This document shows positions 27,901-39,900 of a stretch of 64,000 nt of DNA, piece after piece. The notes beneath the pieces are model-generated. The model did no database searches. It was not told the origin of the DNA and saw only the letters and a list, made by a program, of their open reading frames with translations. How positions within the stretch are numbered: position 1 is the stretch's first letter; every line of letters starts with the position of its first letter. The DNA comes from Yuukianura sp. NJ FZ-2021 (taxonomy: Eukaryota): positions 9,920,001 through 9,984,000 of the forward strand of contig CM102290.1 in NCBI GenBank assembly GCA_046563655.1. Direction: 5' to 3'. Made by a program: the position numbers and the translations under genes.

Positions 27901-30900
27901 CTTTCCCTCCCACTTTCTCCAGCCTCAAACTGAATAAATCCGCAAGGACTAGAAATAATTAAAAGAAAGTCAATTACAGTCCTCGCCACCACGACTTTTT
28001 TTTACTTTTTGAATTTTCCCTCCTTTCTGCTTCTCATTTGCATGATCACCGCCAAAGAACAAAAAAAAACTTTAACTAAAAACTCTTTTCCCAATTCCTT
28101 TCACTTTTTACTTTCTCCGAATGATCCCAAATCCACCGCAGTGGAATGCTCCCATGCTCCTTACTTATTCATTCTCCCAAATACTGCGAGTTGCCAATCC
28201 AGACAACTTCCACCAAATGAGAAATTAAGAATAACATCACGCCAGCCCGCTTTTTTGATTTTTTTTTTCGGAGCACCAAATTTAAATTCAATTCCAACCG
28301 TGTGCATCCATCTCCCTCTTTTCACAGTCACTGCCTCTCTTTTTCTTTGTCTCTCCTCTTCAAAATTAAAATCAACATTTCTTCAAAAAAATTCAAAAAT
28401 CAAGCACCACACAGTTTAACCGGCCCAGTTTGTTTAGACACATTTTGGAAGTCAATTTCGGTCGGAGTTTTTGAAATATAAAAAATTCGTTTTTTTCTCA
28501 CTTTTTCCCGGGTGAAAACGTATTTGTAAAATATGGGGAAAAGTCGCCTTCCAATATCCATTTCCCATTTGATTAGAGACAAAAAGAGAAAGAAGGAGAA
28601 GAGCCTTGGCAACTTATGTTTCCTGCCTATGAAATTTATTTAAGTTTTCCCTCGCAAATGCACAGGGAAGCATCTCCCAGGCGGAAATGTATATTTTGCA
28701 TTGAAGTTTCCTTGAAGATGAGGAGAGAGGAAGGGGGCAGCTGCCGCTTTCTCTTTGCCTACAATAGGAACGGGAGAGAAAGCTAAATGGGAATCTAAAT
28801 TCATTTCCATGACACAGCTTCCGGATCCCTGCCCTTCTCACTTCCCTTGTCCCATCTGCGCAAGCTTCTCATAAAAATAACAAATGACCTCCAAAGGTCA
28901 AAGGTCAATTTCTGTCACGTTAGATTGAGTTAAGGGCATCTCCCGTAAAAGTTTTTTTTTGTATTTTTGAGTTTTGAATTTAACCTGTCCAAACTTATCA
29001 CCAATGCTATCGTCATCTTTTTATAAATAGAGGTTAATGACCCTCATCAAGGTGGTTGAGCTTCATTCTGTTTAGCTAGTTCCATATATTTGGAAAATGT
29101 TTGTTTGCTCGTGTGTCAAATTTAAATGTTTCTAATGAGTATGCAGTGGGTTCCCAGACAGGTTCAATCCCTCAATAGTTCTAATCAGAATTTAGCCGTA
29201 CATGCGACTATTCTATGAACTCAAGGTTTGGTCTAAGTTAGTACCAAAAATTAGTACTTATAATTTCCCCTTGATGGAATACTTCAAGAAATTAGTGGAG
29301 AGACCAGTTATAACGGATTCGCTTAATTCGCGAATTTTTGAAAAGATTTTTGAAAAAAAATGGACAGGCAAAAAATAAGTTCTTTTCAAAAGTCTCACCC
29401 AAATGTTGTTTTCCGAAGTCGGAAATTGTTTGGTAGGGTTTGACAATTTCAAGAATTTTTTTTTTGTGCTTTCCAAGTTTTAAGGAGTGAAAATCAATTT
29501 TAATTGGTTGTGTATAAATTATAAATTTGTTATTTGGCAGAATAAATGCTCCACCACTGCTTCTTTCGCCATTTTTTTTCTAAATATAGTCCTTGTTTGT
29601 GCGTTTTTTAAATTTAAATCTGTGTAATTTTTCCACAAATGCCTTTACCAACTTCATGTTGAAAACAAATTGGAAGGGATGCCCAATTGAGTAAATAAAA
29701 ATTGCAGTTCATTGGAAACTCTTTGAAAATATTTTGCAGAAAAGGCAAAAAAAAAAAATTTTCTTTCAAAAGTCTCACCCATATTTTGTTTTCCGAAGGT
29801 GGAAAGTGTTTAGTCGGGTTTGACAATTTAAAAAAAAAAGATTTTTTGCTTTTTCCACTTTGTATGGAGTGGAAATCAATTTTAACTCGGTTTAGAATCA
29901 ATTTTTTGTTTACGCGAATGGTACCCTCTCCACTTGTTTCATCAATTTTTTGTCGAAATGCAATCCTTTTTGCGTTTTTTAAATTTAAATCTGTCTAATT
30001 TTTCCACAAATGCCTTTACCAAAGCCATGTCGAAAACAAATTAGAAAGGAGGCCCATTTGAGTGAATAAAAACGTCGGTTCCTCGGGAAATTTTTAAAAT
30101 GGTTTGCAGAAAAGGCAAACAAAATTCTTTTTTTTTCAAAAGTCTCACCCATATTTTGTTTTCCGAAGCTGGAAAGTGTTTGGTCGGGTTTGACAATTTC
30201 AAAAAAGATTTTTTTTCCTTTTTCCACATTGTATGTGAAAATAAATTTTAATTCGGTTTAGAATCAATTTTTTGTTTACATGAATGCTCCCCCCCTCCCC
30301 CTCCATTTGTTTCAACAATGAAAACTATTTTGACAATAGATTTCTGCCAAAAAAAAATAATTTGGTCAGATGGTTCTCCTGTCTGCTTGTTTTATCAAAA
30401 AATGATCTTAAAGCGTAACAGAACTGTGTAATTTCTCAAAGGCAAAAAACTTCAATAAATAGCTTAACCGTGATTAAAAGTGTACCTTAAGACCACTACT
30501 TCATGAAGGTCACGGCCCAGATGAATTGTCATTAACCTCTCAAAAAATTGTTTAAGTGAAATAGAAAATTGACCAATGTCCGACTTTTTCCGCGGGTGAC
30601 GGGCCCACGGAAAAGCAGGAACCCCGGTTCAGTTCTCGCGGGATTCGGCGGGAGAGCTTCATAAACCTGTCTTCTTCCGCAGTAAGAAAAAGAACATGAC
30701 AAAGATGACTTTCTCTGCGGTTTTCGGGCAAAGAAGATGCAGAAAAAAAAAAGAAAAAGGAGAAAACTTTTATGAGGAGAGGTTTCCTCAGTCGGGCCGT
30801 TGTTCGTATCTTCAACAATTAATTTTATGGCCCGTTCCACCACCACCACCACTGTCATCTTGCATTAAAATCACGCTGCATTCTCAAGAAAAGAGCACCA

Positions 30901-33900
30901 CAGAACATGAACGTTGGAAGGTATGGCCTGGGGCAGCCTCATTTGGCATTCCTCTTCCCCCCTGCCACAATCATCCCATTGATAAGGACCATAAAAGGAC
31001 CAAGGGGGCGGGGGCCACTTGACACACCAAGGGAACGAAGGGGGGCACTTGACACATTTCCTGAGAGAAAGCAGAAAGTTTAGAGGGTTTCTGAGCGGAA
31101 GACAAAGAACGGCAAGAGTCGAGTTGTAAAAGAAGGAACAGAGAGCGGAGAGGCTAATAAACGAAACAAACGAGCTTGTAATTGATGACGAGCGGAGAGC
31201 GGGAGTGGGTCTTGGTTGCCAAGAATTTAAACCTTCCCGCCACCACTTTTCCCTACGTTTTACAATTAAGAATTAAGGCCACAGAAGACTTTCTTTCCAA
31301 CTTTCTTCTTCCTTTGATCTCACCACCCTTATTGAAACGGAACAAAATTCCTCCATTCACATTTATCATCTCCACCTACCACAGTTGGGCACAACCACAC
31401 AATGGTTTCCTCCACTTTTAAAAGCGGAGCCAAAATACTAATCTGGAAGGTCTTTTGGATGGACCAGAGGCATTAATTCTGGAAGATTCTCCAAAGAAAT
31501 GAATTTCCTAGACACAACAGCCTTTACCACCCAATAACGACTCCGTCCCAGCCTCCACCCCCACAAACTTTCTCAAAAGAAACAATTAAACTCTTTTGTC
31601 TCAAAGCTTGAAACAACAGCAATTCCCCCTTCACCCCACCCCCCGTTTTGATTTGGCTAAAAGGTTTAGGTCCTTTGGCTATTTATGGACCTCTCCACTG
31701 CCCAGTAGTCCGATGACGAAGGGGACCATTACGACGAGCAGGAACTTTACTTTGGTCCCTCAGTGGGTGGAAATGGAGGGAGAGATGTCGGGGTGGGGAG
31801 AGGCCATCAGCCCAAAAGTTTGACTTGACACATTGGGCCACTTTGATATTGGAAAGTGAAAGTGGAGAAAGTATCCAGAGGCTGGTGAAGTGGCCTAATG
31901 CCCCTCTGTAGCTCCGGAGCTGGGCAAATCGACGAGCCCAGGTGACAGAGAGGGAATCGTTTGGTGCAGGAGAAAGTGACTCGGAGAAAGGATTAGATGC
32001 TCCACATCCAAGATGGAAATGGAGTCCAGGCACTGACACACGCCAAATTCAAATACATCCACATCCCACCATTGAGGATTTCCTCAAACTCAGCAACTTT
32101 CCGAATTCACGCATCCGAAATTTCCTATAAATACATGTGGAACTTCCTACATTTCTCCGAACTATGTGCAGGCAATTTTCTATACAGCTCCGAAATTTCC
32201 CATAGCTATAAAGAATTTCCTACAATGTATACAGATCTGAAACCCGTTAAATTTACACATCATATGAAATTTTCTATACACATCTCTTTGGATGTGTACA
32301 CATCTCAAATCTCATATACAAATCTCAAATTAGGTTTACAGTAAACGTAACTGAAATTTACTGGACACATCTAAAAGTTGTGATGCATGCACACATCACG
32401 GTTTACACACTTGAAATTTGCGACTAAGTGTTACACCATTTTTTGTCATGCACATCTAAAGTTTACTATATGTACGAAATTGCCTCCAAATTCTACAATC
32501 ATGTACATTATGTTTCATGTACGACTCAAATTCATAGTACAAATACAGAATTTGGAAGTGGACAATCAAAACGAAATAACCAGGTATGCGAAATACGATT
32601 AGACAAAACTAAACTAAACCTTATGACATTATTTTCAAAATTTGTGAAACTTTTGAGGACGTAAAATTGAGGATAGTTTTGAAGACAAGTTTGAGGACCC
32701 TGAAAAAGTGAAGTAGGGGAAGACTGACATGACGGCGTCAGTTGGAGTCGTGAGATGCGGCTTGAGAGAAAAATGAGTGTGGCTTAAGTGTGAGGCGGGA
32801 AGTATAAGTAGGAGTTAGAGATGAGTTTGAAAATGAGGGAAGATTTAAAAGAAAGAAAGGAGAAAAGAAGGAAGATTTGGAAGTCCCTTATCTCTCCATT
32901 ACAGGATGCAAAGAGCCCTACTTCCACTTGCCCAAAAAGTCCCTAATTTTACTACTCTCCCACACTCGCCTCCTTCCGGCATAATCCCCCCATTACATAC
33001 TCGTTTTACTCACAATCCACTTATGTCCTTACCACCTCTCAAATCACCCCCACTCAACAACTCCCCCCAAGGACACTCGCCAAACAGCACATCAGACACC
33101 GAAAACCAAACATACAAGTCCCTGTCTGTCCCCGGTTAAGCACTTTCTCTCAGAGTTCACCATTTTCTGAGAGGTTATTCACCTTTTCTCGGGACGTTCA
33201 CTATTTTCTAAGAAAAAGTAGAGGAAAATTCCCACTGTGGCTGGAAATTAATAAAAATTAGAAATTGGCCCATTTGGAATTTGTGCGGGTGGTGGAGCTG
33301 TTTTGTGTCACCAAATGGGAAGTGGGTCTGGTGGAGACTCTGGGCGGTGGGCTGGTGGTGCTTGGGGAAAGTAATGGATCTGTGGATGTGTTTTGAAGGA
33401 GGGCGCGTGAGGAATGGGCCGAGAGAGGGTCGTTCCTCTTGTCGTGTCAAGTGACTTTATTTATCTGAGCCATTCTCTAACCTCTCTCTAATATATATGC
33501 ACATAATCTCTAATCAAATTTAGTACAATTGTCTTATTGTGCCCATTTCTTGTGAGCTTTATGGCTTGGAAACAAAGACTCTCTCCTTCTACACTGGGTT
33601 CGGAGCTTCCCGGCGGGAAAAGTGGATTTTAAAAAAGGGCGCCGTTCAAACTTCCTCACGGCCTCTCTCTCTCCTGGGCGGGAGACAGAGGGAAGTGAAA
33701 GAACTTTGATTGAATTTCCCTCCAAATGCTCAAATGTCTTTCACCGGATTTGGACGGAAGCTCTTCTCTTCCAGAAATGGCCAACCTCTGTTCTCAATCT
33801 GCTACACATCCACCCAATAGTAGGCTCTCCATAAAACACTTATCATTTAAATAATATTATAATATATTTTTCTCAATATTATAATACATTTTTCCATATT

Positions 33901-36900
33901 TCATTATTACACTAACGACGGCCACCACCTCACCCTATCACTAACCATAAATTCACACCAGAAGATCGGAAAAGGCTTACTTTCACAAAAGAGAAAAAAA
34001 CTCTCCGAAGAGGCCCGTCTATTACGTCACGCGATTTTCAAAATCTACGCTTTTCCAGAAAATTAACATTAACGTTACTTTCATTCAAGAAGAATCTGAA
34101 TTTTCTAAAGATAATTTTTAATTTTTTTTTCATATGCTTTTCTTATGTGAACTTCGAAAGAGAGGCCAAGGTCACAGTTTTCTTTTACCGAAGCGTGAAT
34201 TAAAGAAAAAAGTCGCAACTTTGCCACATCGCAAATTCCCCCCGGTTTTCCAATTTAAAAAAAACGGCAAAATCTTTCCGGAAACAGAGGTAAGTTCGAA
34301 AAATAAAAGAAGAACGCATACGTTGCGTTATTGTTGTTTTGATGGTGAATACGGTGGGAAAAGTTGAAAAAAGTTGAGGTGGGGGCTAGGAGGTGGGGCG
34401 GTTAGGAAAAGAGATGAGGCTTAGGGGTTAAGGGTTACTGTTTTTCTTCTCTTTTTAGATGATTCAGCTCCAACTTTTACTTTTTTTTTTCTTGTTCAAA
34501 CCAGCATCCTTCCACTTTAAACAAAAAGAAAAAGCACAAAGTTTTTCCAATGGGTTTCTTAACTTTGCCTCTGTTTCTTGATCCCTGTCTTTATTTTATG
34601 GGCCAAAGCTAAGCCTCTCCTGCGCACAGTTTCCTAGCACAACCAAAAACAGAGGAGAGCCCTTGACCAAGGGCACCCCTCTTCCGGACGGCCCTGCGTT
34701 CCCATGGAGATCCTATTTCAGTCCCACCTGTGCCCCCGGGGGGAGGGGACACCCATTAACATTACCATAAATCAACCAATCCCTGCCTCTGACAACCCAT
34801 TTAGAACAAAATTTGGGGCTGTTTGAACAAAAATGAAAAGGAATTGAGAGGAAGTTGGAAGAAGGAAATTACGAACCGAAAAACCTTCTCTCAAACGACA
34901 ACTGTGACAAAATTTATTAGTTCATAAGATTTGCATGAAAAGATTTCTTCTAGAGGAGAAAAGCACCACTACCACCCAATTCCCATAGGCTCAGCTCTCT
35001 CCAAATGTGATACAAAGCCACATCTTACACAAAATTACAATATTCAAATCTCACTTTTCTAAACACATTTTTAAAACAAAAAATATGTTCCTTCAAATTT
35101 CCTAAAACAAAAAAAAATATGCTCTTTCGAATTTTTTAAAAAATAAAAAATATGCGTCTTCAAGATTTTGAAATAAAAAATATTTTCCTTCAAATATTAT
35201 AAAATCTACACTACTTCAAACATTCGATATCCAAACATGCTCCAAAAACTTGAAATGAAAATTAAAACATAACAAGTAAATAAAACATATTTCGATCAAA
35301 CCGGCTTAATATAAAAAGAAAAGTAAAACCTCAGAAAGGCACATTGAGAAATTGGAAAACCAAAAAAAAAAAATCAGAAAAACTGAAGACGAAAAATTAA
35401 GAAAACCTGTTTTTTTTTTACAAAACTAGGAGCGTTTAAATTCAGCTTGAATTATCCAAACTTTCTCTCCTAAACGTCCAGAAACAGTAGCCTCGTGACG
35501 TCTCATAACCAGTTCCAGTGGCTCCGCTATGCCGGTGGGTCAGTCGAATTTATTCAGTGGGGCGGGAAAAGAGGAAAATGAAGCTCAATCTGATTAGGTT
35601 TATCCAGTGGACTGTGAACAAGGTAGAAGCCGTTGAATTGCCACAATTCCATGCATCTTAAGATCTTCCTCTCTTGCTCCACTGAACACTTCTCTTTTCC
35701 CATTCTCTAATTCAACGGAGATTGTTAACCTTTGGAGAAAGTATTTATCCAAACCAAATAGCACTTTCTCCTCCTCCAAATGAAACTACACGCAGTAGGC
35801 CACTATCCTAACAACTCCTCATGCTCAGTTATGAAAAGGCATAACCTAACCAACCTAAACTCATTAGGTTATGGTCCAAGTGAAGCTCAACTACGACATA
35901 GACAGTTGATGTTGAGATGATATGCTGATAGTCCAAATGAATCCATTCAGCCCCATTGTTCTCTCCATTCAATTAGGGAATTAAGGCACTCTGCACATCT
36001 TTCTCCACTTTCTCCGCAGCCCCTTCCGTACACAAACTCTCATGGACTTGGACACAGTAGAACTGAAGTGTGTTGGTAATGGGCTCAGCATGTGTCATTG
36101 CACTAATAAGCACGATCCTTATCCCCAACACTCTCCAACCTAATTAATTGTGCCTCCTCTGCATCACCTGGAGAAACCATCAACCCATTGGCCACACACT
36201 TAATGAGTCACTTTGACTCACTTGACTCATTGAGTCACTTTGGACTCATTGAATCACTAACTCCCAAGGAAGGGAGGGGAGTTAGATGGATTCATTCCGA
36301 GTGCCCATTCACAGGCTTTACGACCCACTTGCCCACTGCTGTAATGAGAACCGACTTTGCGGTGAGCCTCATTTCCATCCCATTCAAACAGCCCGCAACA
36401 ACCGAATCAACAAGCGCAAACATTCTCACTCAAAACCATTTCCTTCCCTCCGCAAAACAAGATCACAAACCAACTATTCGTTTCCACATTCTAACAGCTC
36501 TATTTAATACCAACCTTGTCTACAAGCTTACAAGCTATTCCTGCCAAAACCAAGCTAACAAATCGTACCTAAATCTAACTAACATAATCGTACCAAAAAA
36601 TAGGCCGTAACAAACCTAAACTAACATCGTAGTAAGCAGATCGTACAAACAAAACTAACATAAACTACAAAAACCGAACCAACATAATTGTACCAAAATC
36701 AAACTGTTGGTAAGTAAATCGCTTTTAACATACTCCGTACCAAAGCCAACCATTGCACCAAGAAGCTAGTTCGTACCAAAATCAAACCAATATTGTACTT
36801 TAACCAAACTAACTTAATCCCAACATAAACTAAATTGCTTGACCGTGACACGGTGACAGTGATACTCGAGCCTCTTCGAAAACCTTGGACCACGAAAGCC

Positions 36901-39900
36901 GAAATTTTGAAAATTGAAACTGAACGCCCCATTTCCTCTGCTGCCGTTTGGTTTAGCAGGTGGAAACGAGGCGCGTCTCAGTTGAAAAGCCTAGAATTAT
37001 GGTGAGAAAATTCAAAAAGGAGAGAAAGCTTCTTCTGCTGATTATGATTTCTTATTTTCCAACTCTTGAACGGTCGTGGTGGCTACTAGTGGTGGGGTTT
37101 CCAGTCCATTTAATTTGTGGGGGTTGAAGCAGAAAGATAAGATAGTTCAGTATTTATGATTCCGTGGGACGAGGGGGAGGGGGTGGTGGGGCCTGAGTCC
37201 CACCTTTGAATTCAGAAAAACGGGTCAGCCCCACTCCCATTCTAAATGTCAGCCTCATCGACATGGTGAAAGTGGACTTCGACGGGAATATTACTTTCCT
37301 TGTTACTATTGACTCTCAAATTTGCTTTCCTATTTTCCCTTTCGGCAGAACAATGGAGAGTAATCTGACATTAAGCAAAAAGACCTTTCACTCTGAGCTT
37401 CTCTCCCCACCTTCAATAACATTATTCCAGGAGGGGGAGAAGGGGCGGGGTGGTCTCATAAACAGCAGAAACAGGCATGTCTTTTCTGCCCCCTACCTCG
37501 TGCTTGCTGTCTCAGCATCAGAAAAAATAAAATCAAAAACTTCTGTCAAGAAATGCAGATGCCTGCATTTCTCCTACCCCATTTGATCTAATACAGTCAA
37601 ACTACCTTTATTTATTGCAACTCTAAAAAATGAGAGAGCCTTACACCCCCTCCCCCCTCAAAAAATACCAAAAATCTCATCGTAAGATTTGTTTTTTTCG
37701 AAAACTGTAGAAGGAATGCTAAATTCGACCAAGACTGAAACGTTCCCATAACCTAACCGACATCAATCTGGAACTTCTCCATTGAGCAAAATTTGTTTGA
37801 GTCTCCTTGTGTCGACCGATTGCCAAAACTCAATCTCCCGCCAAAAAGTCATTTTCCAGAAATCCGTTTGCCTTCGTTCCTCTGTTTCCGCGTGGGTCAC
37901 AGAGCATGTCACCTTGGCATAGGAACACAAATGGATCCTTGGGGTGGTAATAATGGGAGGAAATCCCTCATTTTTCAGTTGTCTTCTCCCCGTACTCTCC
38001 GGAGACAGAACTCAAGAATCCTTCTTTTCCCGTGAAACAATGTGGAGAGATGAAGACAAATGAAAGGGAGCGTGATGACAGGGAAATGTAAAACAGAACC
38101 ACCACCAAATATTACTACAGACCTCAGAAAAATGAATTCCAGCATCCAATTCAAAAAAAAATCCAAAAACAACTGGAAGTGGAGAGAGAGAGACAAAAGA
38201 AAGCGAAAAAGAAAGAGACTCTTCCAGAAATTGACTTTTAACTCCACTCTCACTTTTTCCTTCTCTCTTTTACAAAAGAAAGCACGCAGAGACACTTCTG
38301 CTCAAAATTACATTCACCTACGTCACCTCTCCCTCCCCATACAGCAAACTCCCACTCCTAAGTACTTTAATAACATAATATGTGTAAAACATTTACTATT
38401 TTTATACACAATTTAACACAATTTTAATTCTTGGATCCAAGTCATGATCCAAGACTCAGAAATTGGCCATGCGCGAAGAAAAGTCCAAAAACAACAAACA
38501 TTCAAAACATATTTTTCAACAGAAATCTTTTTGCTCATTTGAGTTATACCAACTTGCCAAGTCTTCTGTGACGGAACTTAAGCGACACATTTTAAAAAAA
38601 AAATATTCCCATCATCATCTTTTTCTTTGAATGTTTCATCTTGTGAAAAAAATATAAAAACCTTGTTTGTTCGTCACAGGTGACAAATAGGAGAAAATTG
38701 GCAATCGAATCCAACAGATTCTTTTTTCTTATTTTGAATTCAATTCAACCAAAACTACTTTAGTTATTCCAAAGAAAGAAAAAAGTTGTTGATCACATTC
38801 CAAAATCATATTTTTTCCAACAAAACATTTTTTTCACGCTTTGCCATTTTCTTGTAGTATTTCCTAATAACCACCGTGTGAAATCACTTCTCTCTCCTGT
38901 CTTCCGTTTCTCATCAAAAATCAACGACCCTTTAAAAATAACGCTCTCAAAATAATCTCTCAAAAAACATGTTCACAAGTCACAAACCATGTTCACAACC
39001 AAGTGTGACTGTGAAACAAAATCCTAAGACGTATTATGACAAACACTTTGTCAGAAAGGAAAAACAATGAAAACGTAAATCTCAAATTTTTCGAAAAACG
39101 GCCCACCCTCAAATTACTGGGCCATGACACTCACTACTACCAAAAAGTAAAGTTTTTTTTTTTTGAAACTTGCTTCAATGTCTTTCAAAAAACTTCTCTT
39201 TTTTGGATAATCAAATCAACACTTTTTTTAGCCTAATAGCCTTAGAACATGCAACTCTCTTCCTCATTTGTTTTTCCTTGGGTGTCATTTGACACACGCC
39301 CTGACAATGAAAGCTAAAGCAGTGGACTGCCTAACTTTTCATTTCCGTTTGGATTTGGTTAATGTTTGGATTCGGAGTAATGGGGGCGGTGGGAAGGGGG
39401 GAAGCTAACGCACCCCCCGGGGGTGGGTCGTTTGCGTTCGTTTGGGGAATGGGTGAGAAAAGTAAATGAATGTGGGGCCTTGGAATGACTTTGTTGTTTA
39501 CTTTTTAGACAGAGAGAACAATAGAGGCGTATTAACAGACAGAGAGCGCAGAGTAAACAAACCCAAACTTTAGGCTGCCTTTCAACTTCAAGGTGAGTCT
39601 CGCCATTCAAATATTATTCACACAAACATCAACAGACGACAAGAACGAGATGGAATTGTAAATAGAAAAATATTACCCATCTGTCATCCACCAACAATTC
39701 TAGCTACACTGTTCAGTTTAGTTTGTCATAAAAGCACCTAAAATTTCCTTCCTCGTTTCGTTGCTCATCCCCCCCTCGGGGGATTTATGTGGGATACCGT
39801 AATTTATGAACATATCAATTCTCAAGCTCAAAACTCAAAATTATTCTGCAATTTTAATTTTTTCATAATTACCTACCCCCACCCCCACTCGTTTTAGTTA

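Noticed and set aside
29258..30229. Three similar minus-strand ORFs (KLSNPTKHFP.SENKIWVRLLK) as a peptide gene family
   Set aside because: By-product of the ~375-bp tandem repeat; frames break at homopolymer length changes.
5852..39559. Forkhead sites (GTAAACA/TGTTTAC) suggesting FoxP autoregulation
   Set aside because: About a dozen seen, close to my rough chance expectation for this AT-rich 42 kb; not demonstrably enriched.
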